Below the pieces are notes generated by a model. It did no database searches and was not told the DNA's origin. It was given only the letters and a program-made list of their open reading frames with translations. DNA of 64,000 bases from an uncultured bacterium (lineage in GTDB: Bacteria > Acidobacteriota > HRBIN11 > JAKEFK01), in NCBI GenBank assembly GCA_963777505.1, contig CAVZQN010000004.1:1280001-1344000 (forward strand), written 5' to 3'. Shown piece by piece: positions 19,206 through 28,650 of this stretch. Made by a program: the position numbers and the translations under genes. Numbering within the stretch: the stretch's first letter is position 1; each line of letters starts with the position of its first letter.

Positions 19206-19847
19206 ATGAAGTGGAAAGGTGTCATTTTCGATCGTGATGGGACTCTGTTTGATTCGCTGCCAGTGATTTTGCGCGCCTTCAATTACGGGATTGAGCCTTT
19301 CTCCAATCGGCAACCATCAGATGAAGAATGGTTTGCGGCCTTTGGTCCCGATGAACCGGAAGTCATGGGAAAGTTCATTGCTGCTGATAACAAAATCGCA
19401 GCGTATCAGCGGTTCTTCCAATACTATCGTGATCACTTCCATCAAATTTCACTCTACCCGGGCATGCGAGAGATCCTTGAAAAGCTTCATAAAGACCAGG
19501 TGAAGCTGGCTCTATTTACCGGAGCGGGAAAAGAGACGGCACGATATTGCTTAAAAAATGAAGGTATTCTTCATTACTTTAGCGAACTGATTACTGGAGA
19601 CTCGGTTGTTAGCCCTAAGCCCGATCCGGAAGGGATTTTCAAGGCGATGGAATCTCTGCATACTACTGCAGTAGAAACGCTTGTAGTTGGCGATGCAGGA
19701 GCCGATGTTCTCGCAGGACAACGTGCCGGCGCCACGACGATACTTGCCCGCTGGGGCGGCTTTGTCCCACCTCATGATCTGCCGTCCACGCCTGACTATG
19801 TTTTTACAAATGTTGGCCAGTTTGAATCCTTTTTATGGAATTTGTAA
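19206..19847 (+). CDS. HAD-family hydrolase (Gph/PpaX-like)
   Basis: FDRDGTL, KPDPEGI, VGDAGADV. Confidence 0.88.
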   Translation: MKWKGVIFDRDGTLFDSLPVILRAFNYGIEPFSNRQPSDEEWFAAFGPDEPEVMGKFIAADNKIAAYQRFFQYYRDHFHQISLYPGMREILEKLHKDQVKLALFTGAGKETARYCLKNEGILHYFSELITGDSVVSPKPDPEGIFKAMESLHTTAVETLVVGDAGADVLAGQRAGATTILARWGGFVPPHDLPSTPDYVFTNVGQFESFLWNL

Positions 19848-19923
19848 CCGCAAAGACGCCGAGCCCCCCACTTTGCCTTCTAGCGCCGTAATAAGTATTT
19901 TATGTGAGAAGATGAGGTGCCGC

Positions 19924-20940
19924 ATGTTTGCAAGAATCATTGTCTTATTGTTGTTCGCTTTTGCTCAAATAGGTTTTGCCGCTGAGCCAATAAAATGGTC
20001 CGACCTTCAAAAAAATATTGATTCATGGCTCGAAGGTCCCCCTGGTTTGATTCTGACCAAGGAAGAAAAAGATGTTTATAAAAAGCTAAAAACACCTGAA
20101 GAAAAAATGCAATTCATAAAAATCTTCTGGGCACGACGCGACCCGTTGCTTCGTACACGCGAAAATGAATTCAAACAGGATTTTTACAACAGAGTTGAAT
20201 ATGCAAACAAGAACTTTGCTGAAGGTTCAAATCCTGGATGGAAAAGTGCAATGGGTCAGACGTATGTAATATTTGGTCCGCCTTCCCGGATTGATAAAAC
20301 GGCTATTGCAAATTCGTCACGTGCAGCCCAACTCTGGGTCTACGATAAAATCCTCTCAAGCAGGATTCCGACAAATGAAGCTTTGTTGTTCGTTTTTCGT
20401 GATTTCAAGTATGTTCTGGTTCCGCCAAATCCGCATGACAGTGATCGAGTCGGACAACAACAAAGAGCGTTGGAATCAAATTTTCAATATCAAACTATTC
20501 CAAGTGTCGTTCAAGCAGCTTTCACCGATGTGGCGGATAAATCCATTATTGATGAGAAAAAAGACTACCGTGAGCTGTTAACATCGGTAGAAAGTACGGA
20601 AAAGTTTGGCCTACAAGATCTCGAATTCGAAATTCGTCCGCTGCAAACGCAGCCTCAACAATATGAAGTTGTCCTGAAACCTGAGACAGCACCGCTTTAT
20701 GATTCTGGTGATGCGACGTTTGCGGAATTTTTCTTCAAACAAGAGTTGAAGAAAGGGGATACGCTTGTTGCCGCGAATCAACATACAGCTAGTTTCAATT
20801 GGGACCCTCAGTCCTTTGGCAAACTGACTGAGATCGCTGTGAAACTTCCTGTATTGGAAGCTCCGGCAGGCGAATATGAACTGTACATCACAGTTGGCGA
20901 TCGGATTTCCAATGTGAGTGAAACTCGGAAAGTTCAATAG
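19924..20940 (+). CDS. Secreted GWxTD-domain protein
   Basis: Signal peptide; FIKIFWARRDP...ENEF...RVEYAN..F...GWKSAMGQTYVIFGPP (variant motif). Confidence 0.8.
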   Translation: MFARIIVLLLFAFAQIGFAAEPIKWSDLQKNIDSWLEGPPGLILTKEEKDVYKKLKTPEEKMQFIKIFWARRDPLLRTRENEFKQDFYNRVEYANKNFAEGSNPGWKSAMGQTYVIFGPPSRIDKTAIANSSRAAQLWVYDKILSSRIPTNEALLFVFRDFKYVLVPPNPHDSDRVGQQQRALESNFQYQTIPSVVQAAFTDVADKSIIDEKKDYRELLTSVESTEKFGLQDLEFEIRPLQTQPQQYEVVLKPETAPLYDSGDATFAEFFFKQELKKGDTLVAANQHTASFNWDPQSFGKLTEIAVKLPVLEAPAGEYELYITVGDRISNVSETRKVQ

Positions 20941-20941
20941 A

Positions 20942-22504
20942 ATGAAGATTGTCACTGCGCAGCAGATGCAATCTGCAGATGCTCATGCTATCGATGTATT
21001 GAAGATTCCATCGCTGTCTTTGATGGAGAATGCTGCTACACAAGTGGCTCGAATTCTGCTCGAACATTATCTTGAACCGGGCAACGCAGCAATCGTCTGT
21101 GGCAAAGGAAATAATGGTGGGGACGGAATGGCCGTTGCGCGGCTGCTTCGTCAACATGGGTGGTCAACTACCATTCTTTTGCTGGAACCGTATACCGGAT
21201 TGAAACCAGATCCATTGGAGAATTGGAATCGCGCTTTACATACGGGCGTCCGTTGTCTGGATAATGTGGTCATCGCTGATTTGCCAGCATTATTAAAGGA
21301 AGCTGACATCGTTGTTGATGCATTATTTGGAACGGGACTATCGAAACCGCTTGAAGGTATTTATGCTGAAGCTGTTGAAGTGATCAACAACAGCGAAAAA
21401 GAAATTTGGTCGATTGATGTGCCTTCCGGTCTATCAAGTGATTCCAGTGAAATCATCGGCCGTGCGGTTCATGCAACAGGAACGATCGCTCTAGCAGCGC
21501 TGAAGTATTGTCATGTTCTTCCTCCCGCCTCTGAGTTATGCGGTGCTATCTATATTGTAGATATCAGCATTCCAACTGCCTCTACAACTACAGTAGTTCG
21601 CGGAGCGGATGTTGCACAGCTTCTTCCTTATCGCGCTTCTAACAGTCATAAAGGTATTTATGGCCACGTTGTTTCGTATGCAGGTTCTAAGGGGAAATCC
21701 GGTGCAGCCTACATGTGTGGAAAAAGCGCGCTGCGAGCTGGTGCAGGTTTATCCACCGTAGTTTCGCCAGCAGGTGTTCAGCCTACGGTTGCAAGTTATG
21801 GCCCTGAAATCATGACGATTGCTGCTCAAGGGCACTTAGACTTTTTTTCGGCTGAAGAATTGTCTCAGGCACTTGAATTTACGAAGGGCAAAAGTGTTGT
21901 CGCGCTTGGACCCGGTATCGGGACATCTGAGCAAACATGGGCCTTTGTAAAAGACTTCGTGGACAAAATCGACGTTCCGATGGTCATCGATGCAGATGGA
22001 TTAAACCTGATCGCCATGGATCGTTCTGTACTTTTGAAACGGAAACCTGGTTCCACTGTTTTGACTCCGCATCCGGGAGAGATGGCGCGGCTGCTCAATA
22101 CGGACACAAAAAAAGTTCAAAGCGACCGGCTTGCTGCCGCTTCACAACTTGCAAAGGAAACGGGCTCAGTAGTTGTGCTGAAAGGATATCGAACCATCAT
22201 TGCAGATGCAGAAGAGCATCTGTGGATTAATCCGACCGGTGGACCTGCGCTGGCAAGCGGAGGAACAGGCGATATTCTTACCGGAGCCATCTGCGCGTTC
22301 ATCGCTCAAAACGTTCCTGTTTTACAAGCAGCGATCGCCGGTGTTTACATTCACGGATTTACTGCGAATTTATTTGAAAAAGAATTTCCACAACAAGCTC
22401 TCAATGCAATGGATATTCTTTCTTTGTGGAATAAAGCTGTACACATTATTCGAACTGATAAGAATTTTGAAAGTGACTATCTCAACCTTCATTTCTCATT
22501 CTGA
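20942..22504 (+). CDS. nnr: Bifunctional NAD(P)H-hydrate epimerase/dehydratase (YjeF)
   Basis: LMENA, GKGNNGGDG, DALFGTG, SHKG, DADGLN, TPHPGEM, GGTGD. Confidence 0.95.
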   Translation: MKIVTAQQMQSADAHAIDVLKIPSLSLMENAATQVARILLEHYLEPGNAAIVCGKGNNGGDGMAVARLLRQHGWSTTILLLEPYTGLKPDPLENWNRALHTGVRCLDNVVIADLPALLKEADIVVDALFGTGLSKPLEGIYAEAVEVINNSEKEIWSIDVPSGLSSDSSEIIGRAVHATGTIALAALKYCHVLPPASELCGAIYIVDISIPTASTTTVVRGADVAQLLPYRASNSHKGIYGHVVSYAGSKGKSGAAYMCGKSALRAGAGLSTVVSPAGVQPTVASYGPEIMTIAAQGHLDFFSAEELSQALEFTKGKSVVALGPGIGTSEQTWAFVKDFVDKIDVPMVIDADGLNLIAMDRSVLLKRKPGSTVLTPHPGEMARLLNTDTKKVQSDRLAAASQLAKETGSVVVLKGYRTIIADAEEHLWINPTGGPALASGGTGDILTGAICAFIAQNVPVLQAAIAGVYIHGFTANLFEKEFPQQALNAMDILSLWNKAVHIIRTDKNFESDYLNLHFSF

Positions 22505-22952
22505 AATCGATACCCGGCGCTTTGCTTCAGACTTCGCAAGCCAACTCAAGGGTAATGAAAAGATTTGCTTGATTGGACCGCTTGGAGCCGGTAAGACAGC
22601 TTTTGTTCGAGGATTTGTTGAAAGATTCAATGTTTCATCTGAAGAAGTACAGAGTCCTACGTTTACACTTGTTCGCGAATATGGAAATTCACCGAAGATT
22701 TATCATGTTGATCTCTATCGATTCGACAAAGAAGAAGATATTTTCGAAGCAGGAATTTATGAGTTACTCACGGGAGATGAGCTTGTAATCGTGGAATGGG
22801 CTGATAAACTATCACGCTATTATCCGCTTCCTAGTATCCGAATTGAATTGAAGCATACCGGCGAAAATAGCCGCGAAATTGTAATAGAAAATGTAGGGGC
22901 GGGTCTAAGACCCGCCCGGAATTACGTCGTTAATCAAGACGGGCGGGTCTAG
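22473..22952 (+). CDS. tsaE: tRNA threonylcarbamoyladenosine biosynthesis ATPase
   Basis: GPLGAGKT, SPTFTLV, HVDLYR, VEWAD. GTG start overlaps the nnr 3' end; the C-terminus runs into a REP. Confidence 0.93.
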   Translation: MTISTFISHSEIDTRRFASDFASQLKGNEKICLIGPLGAGKTAFVRGFVERFNVSSEEVQSPTFTLVREYGNSPKIYHVDLYRFDKEEDIFEAGIYELLTGDELVIVEWADKLSRYYPLPSIRIELKHTGENSREIVIENVGAGLRPARNYVVNQDGRV

Positions 22953-22960
22953 ACCCACCG
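22893..22960. repeat. GTAG-family REP doublet inside the tsaE 3' end
   Basis: GTAGGGGCGGGTCTAAGACCCGCCC ... GGGCGGGTCTAGACCC. Confidence 0.75.
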
Positions 22961-22979
22961 CCAAAAGTCACAGAGAAGA

Positions 22980-23711
22980 ATGATTCGACTGATTACATTT
23001 GATTTTTGGAATACTTTGTTCGTTGATCGTGGTGAAGAAATTCGAAATGAAATGAGAAAGTCTTTTACCTTAGCAAGGCTTCGTAAATATAACCGTCGGC
23101 TGAGAAAAGATGATCTGGATGCAGCATTTGAAGTAGCGAAGGGAGAATTTGAACTACAGTGGCAGCGTTATACCGCTTCTACAATGGAAAACTACGTAAA
23201 AACCATTGCGCGCGAATTAAAGGTTGATATTCAACCAGCTGATCATCGGGATTTAGTTGATTATTTTGAGACAATTCTTTTGCAGCATCAACCAGTCTTA
23301 GTGCCTAATGCCGCTGAGGCTGTTCGCAACGCAAAATCGCGTTTGAAAGTAGGGCTGGTTTGTGACACTGGATATTCCCCAGGTACGACACTTCGAAAAA
23401 TATTGGATTCGAATGGCATCGCATCCTGTTTTGATTCATTTTCTTTTTCAAATGAAACAGGATTCTTGAAACCACACATTGAACCTTTTGCAAAGATTTT
23501 GAGATCTTTAAGTATTCGACCTGAACAATCCGTGCATATTGGTGACCTCGAGCATACTGATATTGTAGGGGCAAAGAGGATCGGGATGAAAGCGATCAAA
23601 TTCATTGGAGCCAATCATCAGGCAAAACGTGAATCTATGGCCGATGATGTTCTTGATAAACTCGAGGATCTGCCTGCTGCACTTGATAGGTTGCAGTACA
23701 ATAATAAGTAA
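22980..23711 (+). CDS. HAD-family hydrolase
   Basis: FDFWNTL, KPH, HIGDLEHTDIVGA. Confidence 0.88.
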   Translation: MIRLITFDFWNTLFVDRGEEIRNEMRKSFTLARLRKYNRRLRKDDLDAAFEVAKGEFELQWQRYTASTMENYVKTIARELKVDIQPADHRDLVDYFETILLQHQPVLVPNAAEAVRNAKSRLKVGLVCDTGYSPGTTLRKILDSNGIASCFDSFSFSNETGFLKPHIEPFAKILRSLSIRPEQSVHIGDLEHTDIVGAKRIGMKAIKFIGANHQAKRESMADDVLDKLEDLPAALDRLQYNNK

Positions 23712-23722
23712 TAAGTCTCAAT

Positions 23723-23781
23723 CCGGAGCTCGGGCCTCCGTGCCCGCCGATGAGTGGCGGGCAGTGACGCCCGCCCTCCGG
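23723..23781. repeat. GGAG-type REP-like doublet
   Basis: CCGGAGCTCGGGCCTCCGTGCCCGCC-GATGAGT-GGCGGGCAGTGACGCCCGCCCTCCGG. Confidence 0.65.
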
Positions 23782-23807
23782 GAGTATCACTGATATGGAG
23801 TTTATTT

Positions 23808-26549
23808 ATGCAAGAAGTAGCCGAAAAAGAATTAATAGAAAAAGGAACAGAAGAGAAACAACCGGTAAAAGAACAACCTGTAGAAAAGAATCAGGAAACT
23901 GCAGAATTAGAAGCCATCGAAACGAAAGAATGGCTTGAATCTTTGAAATACGTTTTGCAGACTGGTGGTCCTGAACGGGTTACGGATTTAATACGTCAGC
24001 TCCTGGTTTATGCACAGGAGGAAGGCGTTCGGTTTCCATTTTCAGCAAATACTCCTTACATCAATACAATTCCAGCAAACAAACAGCCTCCTTTTCCTGG
24101 AAGCCGGGAAATTGAACGTCGCATCAAGAGTTTGATCCGCTGGAATGCAATGGCAATGGTTGTACGTGCAAACAAAAAAGATCCCGGGATAGGTGGTCAC
24201 ATCTCTACTTATGCATCTGCAGCAACTTTATATGAAATTGGATTAAATCATTTTTTCCGCGCGGCGAATGATAAACAGGAAGGTGATCTTGTATATTTCC
24301 AGGGTCACGCTTCGCCAGGAATATACGCACGTGCATTTTTGGAAGGAAGGCTTTCATCGGAGCAGCTTGAAAATTTCAGACATGAATTAGGAGGCGGTTT
24401 GTCATCGTATCCGCATCCATGGTTGATGCCTCATTTCTGGCAATTTCCAACGGTTTCAATGGGGCTTGGTCCGATCATGGCCATTTATCAAGCGCGTTTT
24501 AATCGTTATCTGGAAGATCGCGGCTTAAAGAAGCCAAGCGATTCAAAAGTCTGGGCATTCTTAGGAGATGGCGAAACGGATGAGCCGGAATCATTGGGAG
24601 CGATCACACTTGCTTCACGCGAAAAGTTGGACAACTTAATTTTTGTCATCAACTGCAATTTGCAACGGCTCGATGGCCCTGTCCGCGGCAACGGCAAGAT
24701 CATTCAAGAACTTGAAGCTGCATTCCGCGGCGCCGGATGGAACGTAATTAAAGTGATCTGGGGTACGGACTGGGATGCATTACTTGCAAAAGACGAAGAT
24801 GGTTTGCTCGTAAAACGGATGAATGAAGTTGTGGATGGATGGTACTTGAAATACACGGTTGAACCAGGCTCCTTCATTCGTGAACACTTCTTTGGCGCTC
24901 ACCCAAAACTTTTAGAATTAGTGAAAGATCTTTCTGATGAACAACTGCGTAAGCTTCGCCGTGGCGGTCACGATCCACAAAAAGTGTATGCGGCATACAA
25001 AGCAGCGATTGAACATAAAGGTGCGCCCACCGTAATTCTTGCTCAAACAATTAAAGGTTATGGTCTTGGTGAAAGCGGCGAAGGAAAGAACATTACCCAT
25101 CAACAGAAAAAGTTGAATGAAGAAGAACTGCGTGAATTTCGTACCCGTTTCGGTATTCCGATTTCCGATAAGGAAGTTGCGAATGCGCCATTCTATGCTC
25201 CGCCAGAAGACAGCCAGGAACTAAAATATCTGAAAGAGCGACGCGAAAAGCTTGGTGGTTCTCTTCCAATGCGAACTGTAAAGAGTGCTCCGTTAAAAAC
25301 CCCTCAGGAATCGCTTTTTGAAGAATTTTATAAAGGCACTGAAGCGAGAGAAGTCTCTACAACGATGGTATTTGTGCGTCTGCTTTCAAAGCTTTTGAAA
25401 GATAAAGAAATTGGAGATTTGATTGTTCCAATTGTGCCGGATGAAGCGCGCACATTCGGTATGGAGTCTTTATTCCGCCAGGTGGGAATTTATTCACACG
25501 TCGGACAGCTCTATGAGCCTGTCGATGCAGACAGCCTCCTTTATTATAAAGAGTCTCAAGATGGTCAAATCTTTGAAGAAGGGATTACTGAAGCGGGATC
25601 GATGTCATCTTTCATTGCAGCAGGCACTGCGTATTCAACTCATGGAATTAACACAATTCCATTTTTTATTTACTATTCGATGTTCGGATTCCAACGCATC
25701 GGCGATTTAATTTGGGCGGCCGGCGATTTACGCACAAAAGGATTTTTGCTTGGAGGAACTGCAGGCCGAACTACGTTGAACGGTGAAGGGCTTCAACATC
25801 AAGATGGACATACACACTTAATCGCCCAGTCAGTACCAAACCTGGTTACGTATGACCCTGCATTTGCGTTCGAGATTGCGATCATCATCCGTGAGGGGAT
25901 CCGCAGAATGTACGAAGAGCGTGAAGATATTTTTTATTACCTCACACTCTACAATGAAAATTATGCGATGCTTCAGATGCCGGAAGGTGCAAGAGAAGGA
26001 ATTTTGAAAGGTATGTACCTTTTGAAACCTTCAGAAGTTTCCGCAGAAAAGGCAAAAGTAAATCTCCTGGGTAGTGGTCCTATGATTAATGATGTATTAA
26101 AAGCACAGAAAATTCTTGCGGAAAAATATGGAATTGCTGCTGATGTTTATAGTGTTACAAGCTACAAGGAGCTTCGCCGCGAAGGACTGGATGTTGAACG
26201 TTGGAATATGTTAAATCCTGGTGAAACTCCAAAGGTTTCATACTTGCAGAACCTATTGAAGAGCGAACAGGGAAATGTGTTTGTTGCTTCATCCGATTTT
26301 ATGAAAGCGCTTCCTGATTCAGTTTCAAAATGGATCCCGGGTCCACTCTATTCTCTTGGTACGGATGGCTTCGGCAGAAGTGAAAGCAGAAGTAATTTGC
26401 GTGACTTCTTTGAAGTCGATTCGAAATACATAACAATTGCTGCACTTGATGGATTGGCTGCGCAAAATAAATTTGGGCGTGATCAAGTTGTAAATGCAGT
26501 AAAAGAACTCGGGATTGATCCTGCAAAAAAGAATCCTATGGTTTCTTAG
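23808..26549 (+). CDS. aceE: Pyruvate dehydrogenase E1, homodimeric type
   Basis: IRWNAMAMV, GGHISTYAS, FPTVSMGLG, GDGETDEPES, NLQRLDGPV, GEGLQHQDG; GGAG RBS. Confidence 0.97.
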   Translation: MQEVAEKELIEKGTEEKQPVKEQPVEKNQETAELEAIETKEWLESLKYVLQTGGPERVTDLIRQLLVYAQEEGVRFPFSANTPYINTIPANKQPPFPGSREIERRIKSLIRWNAMAMVVRANKKDPGIGGHISTYASAATLYEIGLNHFFRAANDKQEGDLVYFQGHASPGIYARAFLEGRLSSEQLENFRHELGGGLSSYPHPWLMPHFWQFPTVSMGLGPIMAIYQARFNRYLEDRGLKKPSDSKVWAFLGDGETDEPESLGAITLASREKLDNLIFVINCNLQRLDGPVRGNGKIIQELEAAFRGAGWNVIKVIWGTDWDALLAKDEDGLLVKRMNEVVDGWYLKYTVEPGSFIREHFFGAHPKLLELVKDLSDEQLRKLRRGGHDPQKVYAAYKAAIEHKGAPTVILAQTIKGYGLGESGEGKNITHQQKKLNEEELREFRTRFGIPISDKEVANAPFYAPPEDSQELKYLKERREKLGGSLPMRTVKSAPLKTPQESLFEEFYKGTEAREVSTTMVFVRLLSKLLKDKEIGDLIVPIVPDEARTFGMESLFRQVGIYSHVGQLYEPVDADSLLYYKESQDGQIFEEGITEAGSMSSFIAAGTAYSTHGINTIPFFIYYSMFGFQRIGDLIWAAGDLRTKGFLLGGTAGRTTLNGEGLQHQDGHTHLIAQSVPNLVTYDPAFAFEIAIIIREGIRRMYEEREDIFYYLTLYNENYAMLQMPEGAREGILKGMYLLKPSEVSAEKAKVNLLGSGPMINDVLKAQKILAEKYGIAADVYSVTSYKELRREGLDVERWNMLNPGETPKVSYLQNLLKSEQGNVFVASSDFMKALPDSVSKWIPGPLYSLGTDGFGRSESRSNLRDFFEVDSKYITIAALDGLAAQNKFGRDQVVNAVKELGIDPAKKNPMVS

Positions 26550-26565
26550 AAAGGAAGAATTTTGA

Positions 26566-28269
26566 ATGGCCACTGAATTTAGATTGCCTGAACTCGGCGA
26601 AAATATTGCTGAGGGTAGTGTCATTAAAGTACTTGTGAAGCCCGGCGATACGATTGAAAAAGATCAGCCGATCCTCGAACTGGAAACCGATAAAGCCACA
26701 ATTGAAGTCCCTTCGAATGTCAGCGGAATTGTAAAAGAAATTCGAGTCCAAGAGGGGGGAAAAGCTGAAGTCGGACAAGTCGTGATGACGGTTGATGCTC
26801 CGGCCGGACAAACAGAAACCAAGCAAACACCTTCTGCCCCTGCCCAAACGAAACCTGTTGAGAAAAAAGCAGAAGAGAAACCTGATGTGAAAGCAGCACC
26901 AAAGCCGCAAGTTGAGTCAAAACCCACGAAGGCTCCAGCCAAACCAGCAGGCGGTGTGGAAGAATTCAAAATACCGGAGCTTGGCGAAAACATCGAAGAA
27001 GCTGTCGTCATCAAAGTTTTAGTGAAACAAGGCGATCAAGTTTCCAAAGATCAGGCATTAGTTGAACTTGAAACCGATAAAGCGGCCGTTGAAGTTCCAT
27101 CGTCTGTTGATGGAACGATAAAAGAAGTGCGGATCAAGGAAGGAGATAAGGCCAGAGTTGGCGATGTTATTTTCGTAATTGATCGCGGCGGTGCTGAAAC
27201 TGCTGTGACTGAAGAAAAAGTTAGCGCAGGTGAACGGAAGGAAGCGGAAGCAGTCGAAGATGCCGTTGAAGAAGCAAGAGATGAACCAAAGGAAGAACCT
27301 GTTGCTGCAAAAGAGACTCCTGTTGAAAAGGCTCCAGTAGCGGAAGAGCGATATCGTCCAGGCGAAAAAGTTGCACCAGCAGCGCCATCTGTGAGGCGAT
27401 TTGCCCGCGAAATCGGAATTGATGTCAACACGATTCCTGGTTCAGGTCCACGCGGCCGGATTTCAATTGAAGATGTAAAAAAATATTCCCGCGCTTCCAG
27501 ATCGCAAAAACAAGCAATTATAGGCCCCGGCATTCCTGTTCCAACCCTTCCTGATTTCTCAAAATGGGGTCAGATCGAACGAAAGCCGATGAGTGGAATC
27601 CGCGTAAAAACAGCGCAGAACATGTCAATCTCCTGGCAATCCGTTGCCCGGGTTACTCAATACGACAAAGCAGATATTACCGAACTCGAAGAAGATCGGA
27701 AAAAGTTTGGAAGCAAAGTAGAAGTCGCAGGCGGAAAATTAACTGTTACTGCGATCTTGCTGAAAGTGATTGCCTCTGCGTTGCGAACGTTTCCGCAGTT
27801 TAACGCAAGCATCGATATGACAAAGAATGAAATTATTTACAAAAAGTACTACCACATCGGTGTCGCAGTCGATACAGACCGGGGACTGCTTGTACCGGTG
27901 ATCCGCGATGTAGATAAGAAAAATATTCTTCAGCTTTCTGTTGATCTTTCGGAAGCTGGTGAAAAAGCGCGGAATAAAAAACTTAAGCTGGATGAAATGC
28001 AAGGTGGAAGTTTTACAATTACGAATCTTGGTGGGATCGGTGGGACTGCATTTTCGCCAATTGTAAATTATCCGGAAGTTGCAATTCTTGGAGTCTCAAG
28101 ATCGAGTATGGAACCTGTTTACATAGATGGAAAGTTCGAACCAAGACTCATGCTTCCACTTTCTCTCTCTTATGATCATCGTTTAGTGGATGGAGCCGAT
28201 GCAGCACGATTTCTGCGATGGGTTGCTGATGCATTGAAAGATCCATTTTTAATCGCCCTGGAAGGGTAA
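26566..28269 (+). CDS. aceF: Dihydrolipoyllysine acetyltransferase E2 with two lipoyl domains
   Basis: Two ETDKA lipoyl motifs, PSVRRFARE E3-binding domain, DHRLVDG catalytic motif. Confidence 0.95.
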   Translation: MATEFRLPELGENIAEGSVIKVLVKPGDTIEKDQPILELETDKATIEVPSNVSGIVKEIRVQEGGKAEVGQVVMTVDAPAGQTETKQTPSAPAQTKPVEKKAEEKPDVKAAPKPQVESKPTKAPAKPAGGVEEFKIPELGENIEEAVVIKVLVKQGDQVSKDQALVELETDKAAVEVPSSVDGTIKEVRIKEGDKARVGDVIFVIDRGGAETAVTEEKVSAGERKEAEAVEDAVEEARDEPKEEPVAAKETPVEKAPVAEERYRPGEKVAPAAPSVRRFAREIGIDVNTIPGSGPRGRISIEDVKKYSRASRSQKQAIIGPGIPVPTLPDFSKWGQIERKPMSGIRVKTAQNMSISWQSVARVTQYDKADITELEEDRKKFGSKVEVAGGKLTVTAILLKVIASALRTFPQFNASIDMTKNEIIYKKYYHIGVAVDTDRGLLVPVIRDVDKKNILQLSVDLSEAGEKARNKKLKLDEMQGGSFTITNLGGIGGTAFSPIVNYPEVAILGVSRSSMEPVYIDGKFEPRLMLPLSLSYDHRLVDGADAARFLRWVADALKDPFLIALEG

Positions 28270-28298
28270 GTAGGGGCGGGTCTAAGACCCGCCCCTAC
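28270..28298. repeat. Perfect GTAG-family REP palindrome immediately after the aceF stop
   Basis: GTAGGGGCGGGTCT-A-AGACCCGCCCCTAC (14-bp arms). Confidence 0.85.
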
Positions 28299-28317
28299 GC
28301 GGCAAAGACGCAAATAT

Positions 28318-28650
28318 ATGGAAGACGAAGAAAAAAGTAGACTGGAACAGTTCAAAGAATTTGTTGAAATGGATCCTGCCGATACCTTTTCCAGATATGC
28401 TCTTGCATTGGAATATATGGGTGTCGAGCAGTTTGACGACGCAGTCATTCATTTTCGTGAAGTCTTAAAGCTCGATCCGACTTATTCTGCAGCATATTTC
28501 CAAGCTGCTATCGCATCCAGAAAATCCGACTCAAATGATCAAGCCATTGATTTTCTAACGCGAGGAATTGAAGCTGCGGAAAAAAAAGGAGACTGGCATA
28601 CACGGGATGAAATGAAAGCTCTGCTTGAAGAAATTCAATCAGCATCCTGA
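28318..28650 (+). CDS. Small TPR protein
   Basis: DPADTFSRYALALEY...DPTYSAAYFQ...GIEAA..KGD.H. Confidence 0.85.
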   Translation: MEDEEKSRLEQFKEFVEMDPADTFSRYALALEYMGVEQFDDAVIHFREVLKLDPTYSAAYFQAAIASRKSDSNDQAIDFLTRGIEAAEKKGDWHTRDEMKALLEEIQSAS

